From the NCBI GenBank assembly GCA_965287045.1, contig OZ336882.1, forward strand, positions 43,462,001 through 43,526,000: a stretch of DNA of 64,000 nt, read 5' to 3'. The notes under the pieces were generated by a model that saw only the letters and a program-made list of their open reading frames with translations, had not been told where the DNA came from and ran no database searches. The translations under genes and the position numbers were made by a program. This document shows, piece by piece, positions 26,701 to 39,079 of this stretch. Position 1 is the stretch's first letter. The number at the start of each line of letters is the position of its first letter. Source of the stretch: Carcharhinus amblyrhynchos (taxonomy: Eukaryota).

Positions 26701-28186
26701 AAAACCCTACATAGCGGTAGTGCTATTTGAATATGCCATAAATAGGATTATGGTTTTAACAGATAACAACTAAAGTTTATAACAGTTTAACATAGTGGCA
26801 CATAACCTTTTCCTACTGATGTCTTTCTGTTTGAGGAAAATCCTGGGATGGTTGGCGGGGGTGGGGGAGGGGGGAGGGGTGGGTGGATTACGGAACAGTT
26901 TACCTGGCACTTCCACTCCTTCAGGATTGGGTGGGAGTATTAGGTGTGTAATTAGGCGCTTGTCTAGGGCCAAGAACACTGGTATTTCCTAAAACTGGGA
27001 ACTGGCGTTGAAACTGGGAAGAAACTAAAGCTCTGCTGCAGTGACCAACATTCCCAGCTGTACAGAGGGCAGCCGATCATTTACAAGGCCTGAATCCCAT
27101 CATTGTTAGAGTGACAGACATGCTGCTGATCTGTTGTGGATGGGGTAGCTTCACATGGTGCATTTCTGCTGAGGTTCTTATCAGGCACCATTGTGGGTTG
27201 TTGTTTTTGATGTTGTCAAGGCACTGTAATCATACTGATCTTGGGGTGATGAGCAATAGATCACCACATAGTCATTAGGAACTGCACAGCACGTTAACTC
27301 AGAGAAAAATCTGTTAAACCAGTCCCATATATACATTTACAATCAACACCCCATGGTCATCAAAACCATGGCAACAACTCCAAGTTGGAGAAGTACAAGC
27401 AGCCCCTAGCAATCAATGGTTTTTGTTTGTTGTTCAAGACATACATAGCAAATAGCCAGAATTCACTGCAATAAATTTCACAATGACCATTTCAGTCAGT
27501 AAAATTGTACACAATTTGTTTACAAAATGGGGTTGCTCGAGATTATGTCCGGAATTGGAGCAGGCGAGGGGCAGACCACGGAAAGGTCCATTGACCTTAG
27601 GCAGGATTTCACAGTTTCGGGATGAGCAAGGCTGTAAAATCCCACCCTAACACTTTGGACAATGGGCCACAGTTTATTTGCAGTCAGCTTACAGAGTTCC
27701 TAGCAAGCCAAGAAATTCACCACTATCTGACATTGTGATACAACCTACAATTCAGTGATGGTTTTGAGCAATTCAGTCTGGCAATAATGGACAACCTGAC
27801 AGTTAGCCTGTCAGAGGGCAAACATTTTAACAATCCATTTATATTCTACCTTGCACATATCAATCCACCGCATGCTGTAAGGGTGGGATTTTCTGGCCTT
27901 GCCTGCCATCGCAATCTTCCAGACTTGCCAAAAGTCAATGGACTTTTGGATATCCAATCCCATCCCCCAAGGCAGGTCCTGCAAGATGGAACTGGAAAAT
28001 CCAGGTGGAAAAAATATAGCATGGAGTTTTCCAGTTGTTTATGCGGCAGGGTCTTCTGGACCTGCTGACAGTGAACCCCATTGCAGGTTTCCAGGCGGTG
28101 TGTGGTGGAGTTAATGGAAAATCCTATTGACAGCGGGGGGGGGAACCAGAAGATTCCGCCACCCATGAATGGCAGACTATGGAGAA

Positions 28187-28712
28187 CATGATGTGGAGAT
28201 GCTGATGTTGGACTGGGGTAAACACATTAAGAAGTCTCACAACACCAGGTTAAAGTCCAACAAGTTTATTTAGTAGTAAAAGCCACTAGCTTTCAGAGCG
28301 GTGCTTCTTCATCAGGTAAGTGAGATTTCAGTTCACAAGCAAGGCATATAAAGACACAAACTCAATTTACAAAATAATGGTTGGAATGTGAGTCTTTACA
28401 GGTAATCAAGTCTTAAAGGTACAGACAATGTGAGTGGAGAGAGGGTTAAGCACAGGTTAAACAGATGCGTATTGTCTCCAGCCAGGACAGTTAGTGAGAT
28501 TTTGCAAGCCCAGGCAAGTCATGGGGGTTACGATAGTGTGACTTGATTACCTGTAAAAATTGCATTCCAACCACCATTTTGTAAATTGAGTTTGTGTCTT
28601 TATATGCCCTTTTTGTGAACTGAAATCTCACTCACCTGATGAAGGAACAGCGCTTCAAAAGCTACCAAATAAACCTATTAGACTTTAACCTGGTGTTACG
28701 AGACTTCTCATC
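28187..28712. mobile_element. Fold-back Penelope-like remnant (inverted pLTR arms)
   Basis: Arms 28229-28412 and 28540-28708 are reverse complements; 8-bp duplication ATGGAGAA (28179-28186, 28713-28720); inserted inside a GC-rich MITE-like repeat. Confidence 0.88.
28284..28318 (-). ncRNA. Minimal hammerhead ribozyme motif in Penelope pLTR
   Basis: Minus strand TAC-CTGATGA-AGAAGC.ACC.GCTCT-GAA-AGCT-A-GTG: intact cores, stem II, palindromic AGCU stem III, stem I UAC/GUG. Confidence 0.7.
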
Positions 28713-29014
28713 ATGGAGAATCCCACCCATAGTAATTAATTTTTCAGTGTTTGATTATGTGTAACTGTTGACTGCTCCCTGTTCTCTATATGTTATTTGT
28801 CAACCCTGGGTGTGATTACAGAGTGAAACACAAAAATTAAACTAAAGCAAGAAGCTGTAAGCGAGAATGTAAACATTTGAAAAGCATTATGAATAAAACT
28901 CCAGTATAGGTACAGAAATTGGTGTGTGATCACTGCATATCTCTGAGGCATAAAATACAACAGTTGATAAATTCTGTTACCTTGAACAGACAAGCTGCCT
29001 CTTGAGGAGGGATG

Positions 29015-29521
29015 TAGTTGCATTGGAGACAGTTCAGAGGAGGTTCACTGGATTGAATCCAAAGAGGAGGTGTTTGTCTTATGAAGAAAGATTGGGCAGT
29101 TTAGATCTATATTCCTTGGAGTTTACGTGAATGAGGGGAGATCTAATTGAAGTGTACAATATGATAAGGGGGATTGTCAAAGTAGACATGGAGAGGATGT
29201 TTCATCTTGTGGAGCAATCTAGAACAAGAGCTCATAGCTTTAGAATAAGGAGTTGCAGATTTAAAACAGAGATCAGCGAAATTACTTCTCTCAAAGGATC
29301 ACGAGTCTGGAATTCACTACCTCAGAGCATGGTGGATGTCAGGACATTGAGTGAATTTAAGGAAGAGATGGACAGATTTTTAATTAGCAAGGGTTATGGT
29401 GAATGGGCAGATAAGTGGAACTGAGACCAAGATGAGGTAAGCCACGATCGTATTAAATGGCAGGCCAGACCCGAGGGGCTAAATTGCCTGCTCCTGCTCC
29501 TAGTTTTTATGATTCTTATGA
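29015..29521 (+). mobile_element. CR1 LINE 3' fragment
   Basis: ORF 29131-29424 MRGDLIEVYNMIRG..VDMERMF..SRTRAHS..VWNSLP; 3'UTR gaggggctaaattgcctgctcctgctcc, tail tttatgattcttatg. Confidence 0.92.
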
Positions 29522-30335
29522 TTGGTGAAAAGCTCAGCACAAGCATTGGAAAGGCATTCAGGAACTTTGGCTAATTAACAAAATAAGCATGGAGAAACAA
29601 CAGACTGACCCACAGGACCAAGCTGATTATCAACAAGACCTGTACCCTCAGCACTTTACAGCAATGAAGCCTTGACAATTTACAACGACCAAGAACAAAG
29701 GCTCAATAACGTCTATCTGCAGTGTCCACGTGCATCCTTGGAATCACATGGAAAGACAAAGGCCGGAATTCTCCGGACTCACACGCTCACTCCTCTACCA
29801 CTGCCAGTGAAAATGGAGAATTTGCCATTCAACCAAATCTTAATTCACAACGACAGGACAGGATATCCCAGCCACAGGCGAGGTGGGAGAATTCCAGCTG
29901 AAGTCACTCATAAGCAGTCCGTCCTAGGTCAAAAATGCTAAGCATGCTAGTGCTGATGAAGCAAAGGAGGCTTCGTTGGCTTGGACATGTGCACAGAATG
30001 GAAGATGACCAGGTCTCCAAGGACATGTCAAACTGGAAGTTAACTTGTGCCGACCAAAGTTTCAATTCAAGGATGTTGTCAAAAAGAGACATGAAAGCCC
30101 TCAACATGAATCACAAAAAGTGAGAAACTCTAGTTGATGATGAATGGAAATGGAAACACTGGCTATGTGCAAAAATCCTCCACCTCAATGACATTTCCGA
30201 ATAACTCTAAAGCAGGTGTCAGCCCTCGAGAAAAGGCATTAGTAGAGCCCAACCCGCACTACTAGCTAGGGACAACTTCATGTGTGGCACTTGTAGCAGA
30301 CACTGGCTTTCCAGAATTGAGACTGCATTCTCATT
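29522..30335 (+). mobile_element. RTE-clade LINE C-terminal remnant
   Basis: TIYNDQEQRLN...ILGITWKDK|VT; QRRLRWLGHVHRMEDD (ORF 29935-30123); terminal zinc-finger-like FMCGTCSR...LHSH near 30276-30335. Confidence 0.85.
29761..29899. mobile_element. ~140-bp MITE inserted in the RTE remnant
   Basis: TIRs ggccggaattctcc / ggagaattccagct (12/14); splits the RTE codons WKDK|VT. Confidence 0.75.
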
Positions 30336-30714
30336 ATCCCTCTCAGCAAACTGACATCCACCTTTCATTGGGTTCATCAGTTTTCTCCACCATTAACTCC
30401 AATAGTCACAATTATATGTATCACTGTATCTCAATATCCCGTACAAACCTCAGAAATAGGTGTTTGGGGCTACAGTTCTCCAGGTATCTCTTTTCATGAT
30501 TTTTGCAGTTCAGAAATGAATTTGAACAAGCATCCCTCATGGGGCAATAATCAGAAACTTGGTTGTGTTCTTTAGTGATAGATTGTCACAGAAGTAATAT
30601 TTTGCAGTACAATCTGAACAAATACATATTTCAATGAAGTTCCTTATTAATGAGAGTTACTGTTGCTAGTAGTATTGGGACTATGACCTGGAACCCTTTA
30701 AAGATGGCTAGCAG

Positions 30715-31215
30715 GTCTGGATTCCCAGATTCTATCTTCAACCTCTCTTTACACCAATCTGAGGTCCTTATCTACTTCAAGAGGACGGACCATCATCCCG
30801 GTGCCAAAGAAAAGCCAGGCAGCGTGCCTTAATGACTATCATCTGGTAGCTCTGAAATCTATCATTATGGAGTACTTCGAAAGATTAGTCATTGCACACA
30901 TCAATTCCAGCTTCCCAGGTTGCCTGGATCCAATACAGTTCGTCTTCCACCACAACAGGTCCACAGCAGGTGCCATCTCCCTGGCCCTGCACTCAATCCT
31001 GGAACAACTAGATAACAATCACACCCTATTCAGACTCCTCTTCATAGACTACAGCTAATTTTTCAACACCATTATTCCTACGAGAGTCATCTCGAAACTT
31101 CATGGCCTGGGCCTCGGCACCTCCCTCTGAACTGGATCCTAGACTTCCTAACCCACAGACTGCAGTCAGTAAGGATAGACAACAACACCTCCTCCACAAT
31201 CATCCTCAACACCAG
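30715..31215 (+). mobile_element. Rex1/Babar-like LINE reverse transcriptase fragment
   Basis: ORF 30801-31058 PKK..ACLNDYHLVALKSIIMEYFERLV..LDPIQFVFHHNRSTAGAISLALH..RLLFIDYS, the RT N-terminal signature of this clade. Confidence 0.85.
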
Positions 31216-31292
31216 TTGAAGCAAAGATCGAGAAATATATTGAATATTCTGTTTCACATGTATGTGATTTACATTAACGGATTTATAATATA

Positions 31293-31530
31293 GTATTAGA
31301 ATCCCTACAGTGCAGAAGGAGGCCATTCGGCTCATTGCGTCTACACCAACCACAATTCTACACAGGTCCTATTCTCGTAACCCCAAATATTTACCGTCCT
31401 AATCCCTGACACTAAGCGGCAATTTAGCATGGCCAATTAACCTAACCTGCATAACTTCGGACCGTGGGAGGAAACTGGAACATCCAGAGAAAACCCACAG
31501 ACACAGGGAGAACATGCAAATGCCACACAG
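31293..31530 (-). mobile_element. 5'-truncated HE1/V-SINE-like SINE (CR1-type tail A)
   Basis: V-domain plus tail gccgaatggcctccttctgcactgtagggattcta; no tRNA head. Confidence 0.85.
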
Positions 31531-31757
31531 CTAAAGATGCTAATTGATAGCTTTGGGTTTGCTTTCAAATTAGCTAGCTGTTCCAAATTTTCACTCAGTG
31601 ATAAATAAATTTTCCATAGGTCACCTAAAGTACAAATTTGCCTGCTCATGATGCTCTACTGCGTGCCTAAGTGCACTGTCATATAAAACGGTCCCATAAC
31701 AGCAAAACTGTAATGTTGTGGTGCCACCAATACTAACAACACATGGACAAAACTAAA

Positions 31758-32027
31758 GGGATGATCCTTTAAAACAGAGATGAGGAGGAATTTCTTCAGC
31801 CATAGAATAGTGAATCTGTGAAACTCTTTGCTGCAGAGGGATGTGGAGGCCAGGTCATTGAGTGTCTTTAAGACAGAGATAGATAGGTTCTTGATTAATA
31901 AGGGGATCAGGGGTTATGGGGAAAAGGCAGGAGAATGGGGATGAGAAAAGTATCAGCCATGATTGAATGGCAGAGCAGATTTGATGGGCTGAGTGGCCTA
32001 ATTCTGCTCCTATGTCTTATGGTCTTA
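31758..32027 (+). mobile_element. Young CR1 3' end
   Basis: tttaaaacagagatgaggaggaatttcttcagc...gatgggctgagtggcctaattctgctcctatgtcttatggtctta. Confidence 0.9.
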
Positions 32028-35000
32028 ATACTTGTACATGCCTATTGTCTATTATAGAATAATAATGGCATGAGTCAAGGCCTTCAATAACTATTATTTA
32101 TTGTGCTTGTGTACCATTGTACCATGTATGCCGACATGAATTTCTGTTTCAATCTATTTGAACTTAGTCATCTCTGGCACTTTATGCCACTCTCCATCAT
32201 ATTGCAATATATAGAGAGATAAATGTAACTCAGAAGCAATGGTTCTACCCTCCAGTGACAGGCATCTTGACAGCCATTGGCAACGTTCCACTGGGAAAAA
32301 AGTTTTGTTCCAGGAAGTTGCAGATGTCAGCAGTGATGTGCCATGAGATCCTGAGACTCCTGAGGCACTGATGCTCAGACATGTGGAAAGAACTGACCCT
32401 AACCTGTCATAGGGCAGACAGCTAAGGAGAAGGCAGCTGGTCCTTGTTGTTAGTGTTACTCCTGCTGCAGCATCACAGTGATGTTGTCTCTGCTCCTGAA
32501 CAATGGCAGAGATGGAAACTGGAGTTGTATAAGATGCCCTGTGCCATAAAGAAGGCTGGCAAAAAGGAAACACAGCTGAAGTTGAGTAAAGCTAGGCAGA
32601 TGAAATGACTTCCAAGTGGTTGGCAATGATCTGTCAAGCAGCGAAAGCACTTTCTGAGAGAGGAAGGGGGTTGCTGGGGGTCATGCCCACTGCCTTCCCA
32701 CCCATCTCCAACCTGGTGATAAATGGTGAATAAGACACCTACTAAGCCACCTGCCCTCAAATTATTGCCCACTTAAGGCCCCAAACCAGAGGCAGTTTTA
32801 CAATGAAACACACCCAGCAGAGCTCTACCACCTCAACTGCCACAGAATCAGAGTGGGCGAGGGGCCAACAATGGAAACGTCCGTTGATCTCGGGTGGGAT
32901 TTTCCGGTCTCACTCGAGCAAAGCAGTAAAATTCCGCTCACAGTGCCTTGGCACAGGGTCCTGATCAATGAAGACACCATGCCAGCTAGTTCATTGGGCA
33001 TCCAATCAAAGCCTGATTACTCTGCAGTTGCTGATAGGAGGCAATGCAGAGCAGGATCAGACGATTGGTGAGTCTGAACAAGCAGGAAAATTGCTCCGAA
33101 CTATACGAATGGTTAACTTGAGGCATGTGTGAGGAACAAAGAGAGACGACTAGGTAAGGAAGGAGAACACAGGCTGCTGAGGTGTGAGTGAAGAGCAACA
33201 GTGAGACACCAAAAGCCATCTCGAGGCGAGGTCAGCGTCGACAGGAGCAGAAGGCTAGCTGAGTAAGTGACTTGACCCAGGACTGGCCAGCAATAGTGAG
33301 ACATGTGGACTAACATCCCAAATGAAGCCTTAGCCACTCTGAGGCAATGGGTGAGGCAAGAGGCTGCCTTGAGAACCCCAGGCGAGTGAGTTGAATGAGA
33401 TTGTGAAAATAGCAGAGTGTGAAGGATGGGGGGAGACTGTGAAGGATTGGGGAGTGGGGAGGGATGGGAGGGGGGAAGAATGTGAGAGGGAGTTAGCCAG
33501 TATTGCAAACTTGCAGACTGGGGTAGTATGTGAAGGCCTGGTTGCCTTATGGAGGGAGGGAGAGTTCTGATGGGGCAATAATTCATACTGGCGTGTTTTA
33601 AAAAGTAGTAATCAATTTGCAAATATCTTCTGCCTTTGCGTTCTGTGGGGCAAGGCTGGGTGGGATCAGGAGGGGGCATAATGTCGGGGGTGGGGAGGTG
33701 CCCCTGAAATGAAGGTGAGTGTAGGGTTCCATCGACTGTAAATCCGCTTCTGTCCCAATCTGTCTCCACTGCCATTAAACAGTGAAAGGTGGGCAGGAGT
33801 CAGAATTATAAGAACTGTTTGAAAACGCAGGAGGGAAGGTGGAGAACATCATTTAGGGGGGTGTCCAGTGTGCACTCGGGGCACCTCCATCCCATGATGT
33901 TACCTCCACTTTGTGCCTCCCTGCCTAACCTGCAAATCCTACCCTTCCCATTCCCCTCATCTACCATCCCCAGCGTGCTGGATTCTTTTCAGTCCTCCAC
34001 TAAAAATCTGGACTTCCCTAGGTCAGGATGCCATTAATCTTTATCCTGGGGCCTCCTTGCAGCCCCAGCTGTATCCATTACTGAATTCAGGTGTTGTGTG
34101 GGCTACTAGAGCTGCTAGCCAGTCAGAATGACTGCCAGTTCCCAAGGATGGGTCTTCCTCTCACAGAGGTGGAAGTCCAACCCTCTGCTTATTTAGGCTA
34201 TTGGCATTGTGCTACTGCTGTGGGGTGGCCTTGTTTCAATGGATTGACATTTGTTCTGTGTGAAGCATGGTGAACAGAAGGCCCATTCACTATAATTCCC
34301 CTATCCCCTTCAACCCCGCATCCCTGACAACAACTCTGATTAAATTCAGCCCTTCATTAGTACTGCACCATCTGAATTATGTTATTATTTTCAATTATTA
34401 AATAGCTAGATACTAATATCCAATTAGCCAAGTAACTAATAAACCTTTTAACTGATTTAAGTAGAATTAGATATATTTCAACAATGTAAAGATACTTGCT
34501 GCTGAGGATGGCATTTGCATTTAACATCACAATGAACCATCTCTTAAAAATTAATTTATATAAATTAAAAGCCATGTGAATATAATTAAAATTGAATACA
34601 GTAATTTTGATTTGATGAAACTAAAGAGTGAAAAATTATATTAAGAATGAGTACACGACAGTCCACAGTGAAGGCTTAGGGTGATTTGCAAACCATGTGA
34701 GTGAAACAGAGGTTTCTGCAACTGTCACCTGAGCCTCGCGATTAAATTATATCACAAAACTAGCTCCCTGATATGAATATTTGGCTGCAGAATGCCCAAT
34801 CTCCCTGACATGTAAATAAATCTACAAGATTTGGCTAGATTTTGATACCAATAATCACAGCAGTATTGCTAACACTCAACTAGTTCCCAGAATTTCCTGG
34901 AATCAGATTCGAGTTGCATCATTCTCTTCAGAGGGCACTCATGCATCACTCACACCAGCTTTACACCAAAACATCATTATGCATGAATTTCCACAAACAC

Positions 35001-35412
35001 TTCCACTGGTTCTCAAATTACTTCCACTGAAATCCCACCTGGATCATTAACAATGCCCCACGCATCACACCCTCCATATCCGCATGGAAAATACTAGAGA
35101 ACGAATGCTTCTGCTCCTTAGGCTCAAAGCTTTTATTGTGTAGTAGCGCTAAATGTCATTTCTGGCAATCTGTTTTAATTTTTCCCTATTAAAACTGGCA
35201 CTGTGTTTTCTATATTAATTTTGTTAAAAATACATGTAAATTAAATTAAGAAGAATAAAGGTTCAGTAACTCATCTGCTTAATGTCCAGAGGTAATAGTT
35301 TGATGGCTTGAAACATCAATTTACTTTAAGTCCATATGACAAAGAAGAGCCGAAAGCAGACCAATGGTGTATTTTCAGTGCTATCCTTGGGTCTTGATTG
35401 TTCGTGCTCATT

Positions 35413-35732
35413 TAGAATCATAAAATCCTACTGTGCAGAAGGAGGCCATTCGGCCCATCAAGTGTGCATTGACCACAATCCCACCCAGGTCCTATCCCCA
35501 TAACTCCATGCATTTATCCTAGTTAGTTCCCCTGACACTTAAAGGACAGTTTAGCATGGCCAATCCACTTAACTCACACATCTTTGGGCTGTGGAAGGAA
35601 ACTGGAGCACCCAGAGGAAACCCACACAGACCCATGGAGACTCCACACAGACAGTTACCCAAACTGGGAATCGAAGCCAGGTCCCTGGCACTGCGAGGCA
35701 GCAGTACTAACCACTGTGCTACCATGCCGCCC
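35413..35732 (-). mobile_element. Full-length HE1/V-SINE-like SINE (tail A)
   Basis: tRNA head gggcggcatggtagcacagtggttag, V-domain, tail gggccgaatggcctccttctgcacagtaggattttatgattcta. Confidence 0.92.
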
Positions 35733-35924
35733 AATTGTTTTCAGATGTTTTTTGTTCTCAGGCCTAAATGGCGTTAGCAAAATCCACCTATAAACTGTAA
35801 ATTGTAGTGTAATTTTGATCTTAGCATCAAGGAAATGGAGTTTGTGTTGCTTGTTAAATTGTCAAGCTATGGACGACACTTATTCAGAAAAAGGAATAAC
35901 CCTGTTTAGTGAAGTGTATCATCT

Positions 35925-37430
35925 TCAAAATTTATTTGGCCTATTGAACTCAGTTCACCCACCATTCACTAACCTCACAGCTGATTTTCTACCTCATCTC
36001 CATTTTCTTGAGGTATTCCCCTGGTATCCAAAAACCTATTGATTTTTATCTTAAATATACTCAACATATCAGCATCTGCAACTCTTTGCCAAAGTGATTT
36101 GTTTTTCCTTATCTTGATCCTAAATAGCCAACTAATAACTCTGAGACTCTGACCGCTAATTCTAGATGCCCCAGTCAAGGGAAACCGCCTCCCATTATTT
36201 GTCTTATGAAGCCCTTTAAAAATTTTATATACTTCAATAAAATAATCTCTCATTCTTTTAAATCATGAGGAATATTAATCTGGTCTGCTTGATCTCTCTT
36301 CATGATGGGAATCAAAACCTTTGTTGCACCCCTTCTAAGGGAAATTTAGCCATCTTCAACTACAGAGATCGACATAATCCACAATAATCTTGATGATGTT
36401 TCATGAAGGCTGTATATAATCACTGTAAGACTTCTTTATTCTACTACTCAAATCATTTTGTACTAAAGGTTAACAAACCATTTGCTGCCCAAATGAATCG
36501 CTGTGCCTGCATGTTAGCTTACTGTGTTCTGTGCCAGGAGAATCAGCTGTATTTGACTACCAATGTTTCCACGTCTCTCTGCTTTTTCTTACCAATGTAG
36601 ACTATTTCACTTTTCCACAAAATATCCCATTTGCCATGTGCTTGCCCACTAACTTATTCTGTCTACATTCCTTGGTAGCCACTTTGTTTCCTCCACACAA
36701 CTTACTTTCCCTTCCATCATTGAACATCATATTCTTAACAAACGTGGATACATTGTATTTGGTCCCCTGATCTAAGTCTTTGATAGAGATTTTAAATAGC
36801 TGATACGCAAGCACTGATTCATGTGACACTGTGCTAGTTACAGGCTGTAAACTCAGAAATGACTTGTTTATTTTTATTATTTTGCTTTGGTTCATTGTCC
36901 AATCCGCAATCTGTGCTAAAACATTTCGCCCAATCTTGAGAGCTCCACTTAAGTGTAATAACCTCTTGTGCGACACCTTACTGAATGCTTTTTGAAAACC
37001 TGAATGTACTATATGCACTGATTTCCCCTTACCCTCTTTATTAGTTATAACCTCAAATAACATGAATAGATTTCTTTTCCTTTCATAAATCCATGTTGAT
37101 TCTGACCAATAATGTGATGATTTTCTAAGTACCAAGGTTTCATGTCTTTATTAATAGATTTTTGCATTTTCCCTGCAACTGGTGTCAGACTAATTGGCCT
37201 TTATTTCCCTGTTTTGTCTCTCTCTCTTTATTTTTGAAAAGTAGGGTTACATTGGTTACATTTGTTACCTTCCAATCCATGGGGACCATTCTATAATCTA
37301 GCGATCTCTGGAAGGTCAAAACCAATGCATCCACTATCTCTCAGCCACCTCCTTTAAAATCTTAGGATGGAGGCTATCAGATCCAAGTCCCAGTAATTCC
37401 TTGAGTTGATTTCTTTATGAATACTAATTT
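35925..37430 (-). mobile_element. Degenerate CR1 ORF2 (RT domain to 3' end)
   Basis: ORF 36602-37135 FQKAFSKVSHKRLL...IADW..VTSTVSHESVL..LFKISIKDLD; ORF 35975-36253 MRDYFIEVYKIFKG. Confidence 0.88.
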
Positions 37431-37440
37431 TTAAATTCCA

Positions 37441-37472
37441 AACACATACAGACACACACGCACACACACACA
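37441..37472. repeat. Imperfect (CA)n microsatellite
   Basis: aacacatacagacacacacgcacacacacaca. Confidence 0.85.
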
Positions 37473-37527
37473 GCAACCCTATCAGTTCTTTCTTGTTTTA
37501 AAAGCAAAATGTCCATTCTTTGTGGCA

Positions 37528-37878
37528 ATTTTTTTGTGTTCATTCATGGGACATGAGTGTTGCTGGCTGGCCTGCATTTATTGTCCATCCCTAGTTGCCC
37601 AAGGGCATTTAAGAGTCAATCACATTGCTGTGCATCTGGAGTCACATTTTGACCAGACCAGGTAAGGACAGCAGATTTCCTTCCCTAAAGGACATTAGTG
37701 AACCAGACGGGCTTTTCTGACAATCGACAATGGCCATCGGTGGATTCTTAATTACAGAGATTTTTTAATTAAATTCAAATTCCACCATCTGCTGTGGTGG
37801 GATTCGAAACCGGATCCCCAGAACATTAGCTGAGTTTCTAGATTAATAGTTAAGTGATAATACCACTAAGCCATCGCC
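37528..37878 (-). mobile_element. tRNA-derived SINE (third family)
   Basis: Minus strand ggcgatggcttagtggta (A box) ... ggtttcgaatccc (B box) ... ctggttcactaatgtcctttagggaaggaaatctgc ... cccatgaatgaacac followed by an A-rich tail. Confidence 0.85.
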
Positions 37879-38049
37879 GAGTGGTATTATTGCTAAAATG
37901 CTCATAATCTCTAAATCTGTGAGCCAATACTGCATGAGCATAACACCTCCACACAAAATGGAAAAAGATGAAATACAATGACATTTCATTTTTTTTTGTT
38001 ACAGCACAGAAGGAAATAGAAATAAAACATTCAATAGCAGAAATCTATA

Positions 38050-39060
38050 CACATTCATTAACATGCATTCATCAGGGTTACTGTCATTGAGACTTCCACA
38101 GCTTCACTTGTTTAAGTCCTGGACAGTGCATTTGCAATTACATTACTTTTTTCCCCACACTGTGCTTGATTTTCAAGTTGACTGGCTAAAGCATTACGTG
38201 CTGCCTGAATAACCTTGCATTGTTTAAATTTCTGTAAGAAAGTTAGTGGAATGTGGTCAGTGTACATTAACATTTCCCTATGTCCATTAGTGACATCGAC
38301 CTCAAAACATTGTGGGGCAAACAACTGTAAGCCTTTCTTTTTATGGTGGAATATTTCCAATGGTGCTTCCCAAACTTATTAGAAAACAGTCAACTTGTCT
38401 CAATACCTGAATCAGCTTCCTGGGTCCTTGCCCCCATTTCACTTACGTTAGCAGCCACCTTTAATGGTTAGTTAAAGTCTGGAGCTGCTAGCACTGGTTC
38501 ATTTGTTAGAAAAGCCTTCAATTTTTTGAAAGTTATCTGGTCTGATCGCACTGTCTTGACATTTTTCTTCGGCATGTCAATCAACAGTGCAACTAGGGTG
38601 CTGAAATTAGGACACAATTTTCTATAAAATCCACTTACCTCCAGGAATTGCATTATCTCTCTTTGAAATGGAGAAATCCATCAGTGTTTTTACTTTGGTG
38701 GCCCTTGGCAGCACTCTACTTTGACCCACATATAACATGTTCCAAGTAGGTCAACTTGGCTTTAGTGAACTTGCTTTTGGCAAGATTTACTACGAGCTTA
38801 GTATTTTGTAAACTTTGGAATAGTGCCCTTAAATGGATTTGGTGGTTTTTTCCAGGTATTGCTGCAGACCAGCAAGTCATCAGTGTACACAATACAGTTA
38901 CTTAAGCCAGTATCTGATTTATTAATCTTTAAAGGTGTTGGGAGCATTCTTGAAGGTGGATAGCATTACTTTGCATGGAAATAGGACATCTGAAGTATTA
39001 AAAGCTCAGATTATTTTATCTTAGGTGGTCATGGGGATTGCCAATATTCTTTTTATAAAT
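38050..39060 (-). mobile_element. Gypsy pol remnant (RT + RNase H)
   Basis: VYTDDLLV (catalytic YxDD, ~38867-38890), FLEVSGFYRKLCPNFS, YTDHIPLTFL, NVIANALSR; disrupted. Confidence 0.9.
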
Positions 39061-39079
39061 TGATTTTACTGATATAATT

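Noticed and set aside
33113-33775. Longest ORF in the window (220 aa, minus strand)
   Set aside because: Low-complexity Pro/Ser/Leu/His composition from a purine-skewed repeat-like tract; no recognisable domain.
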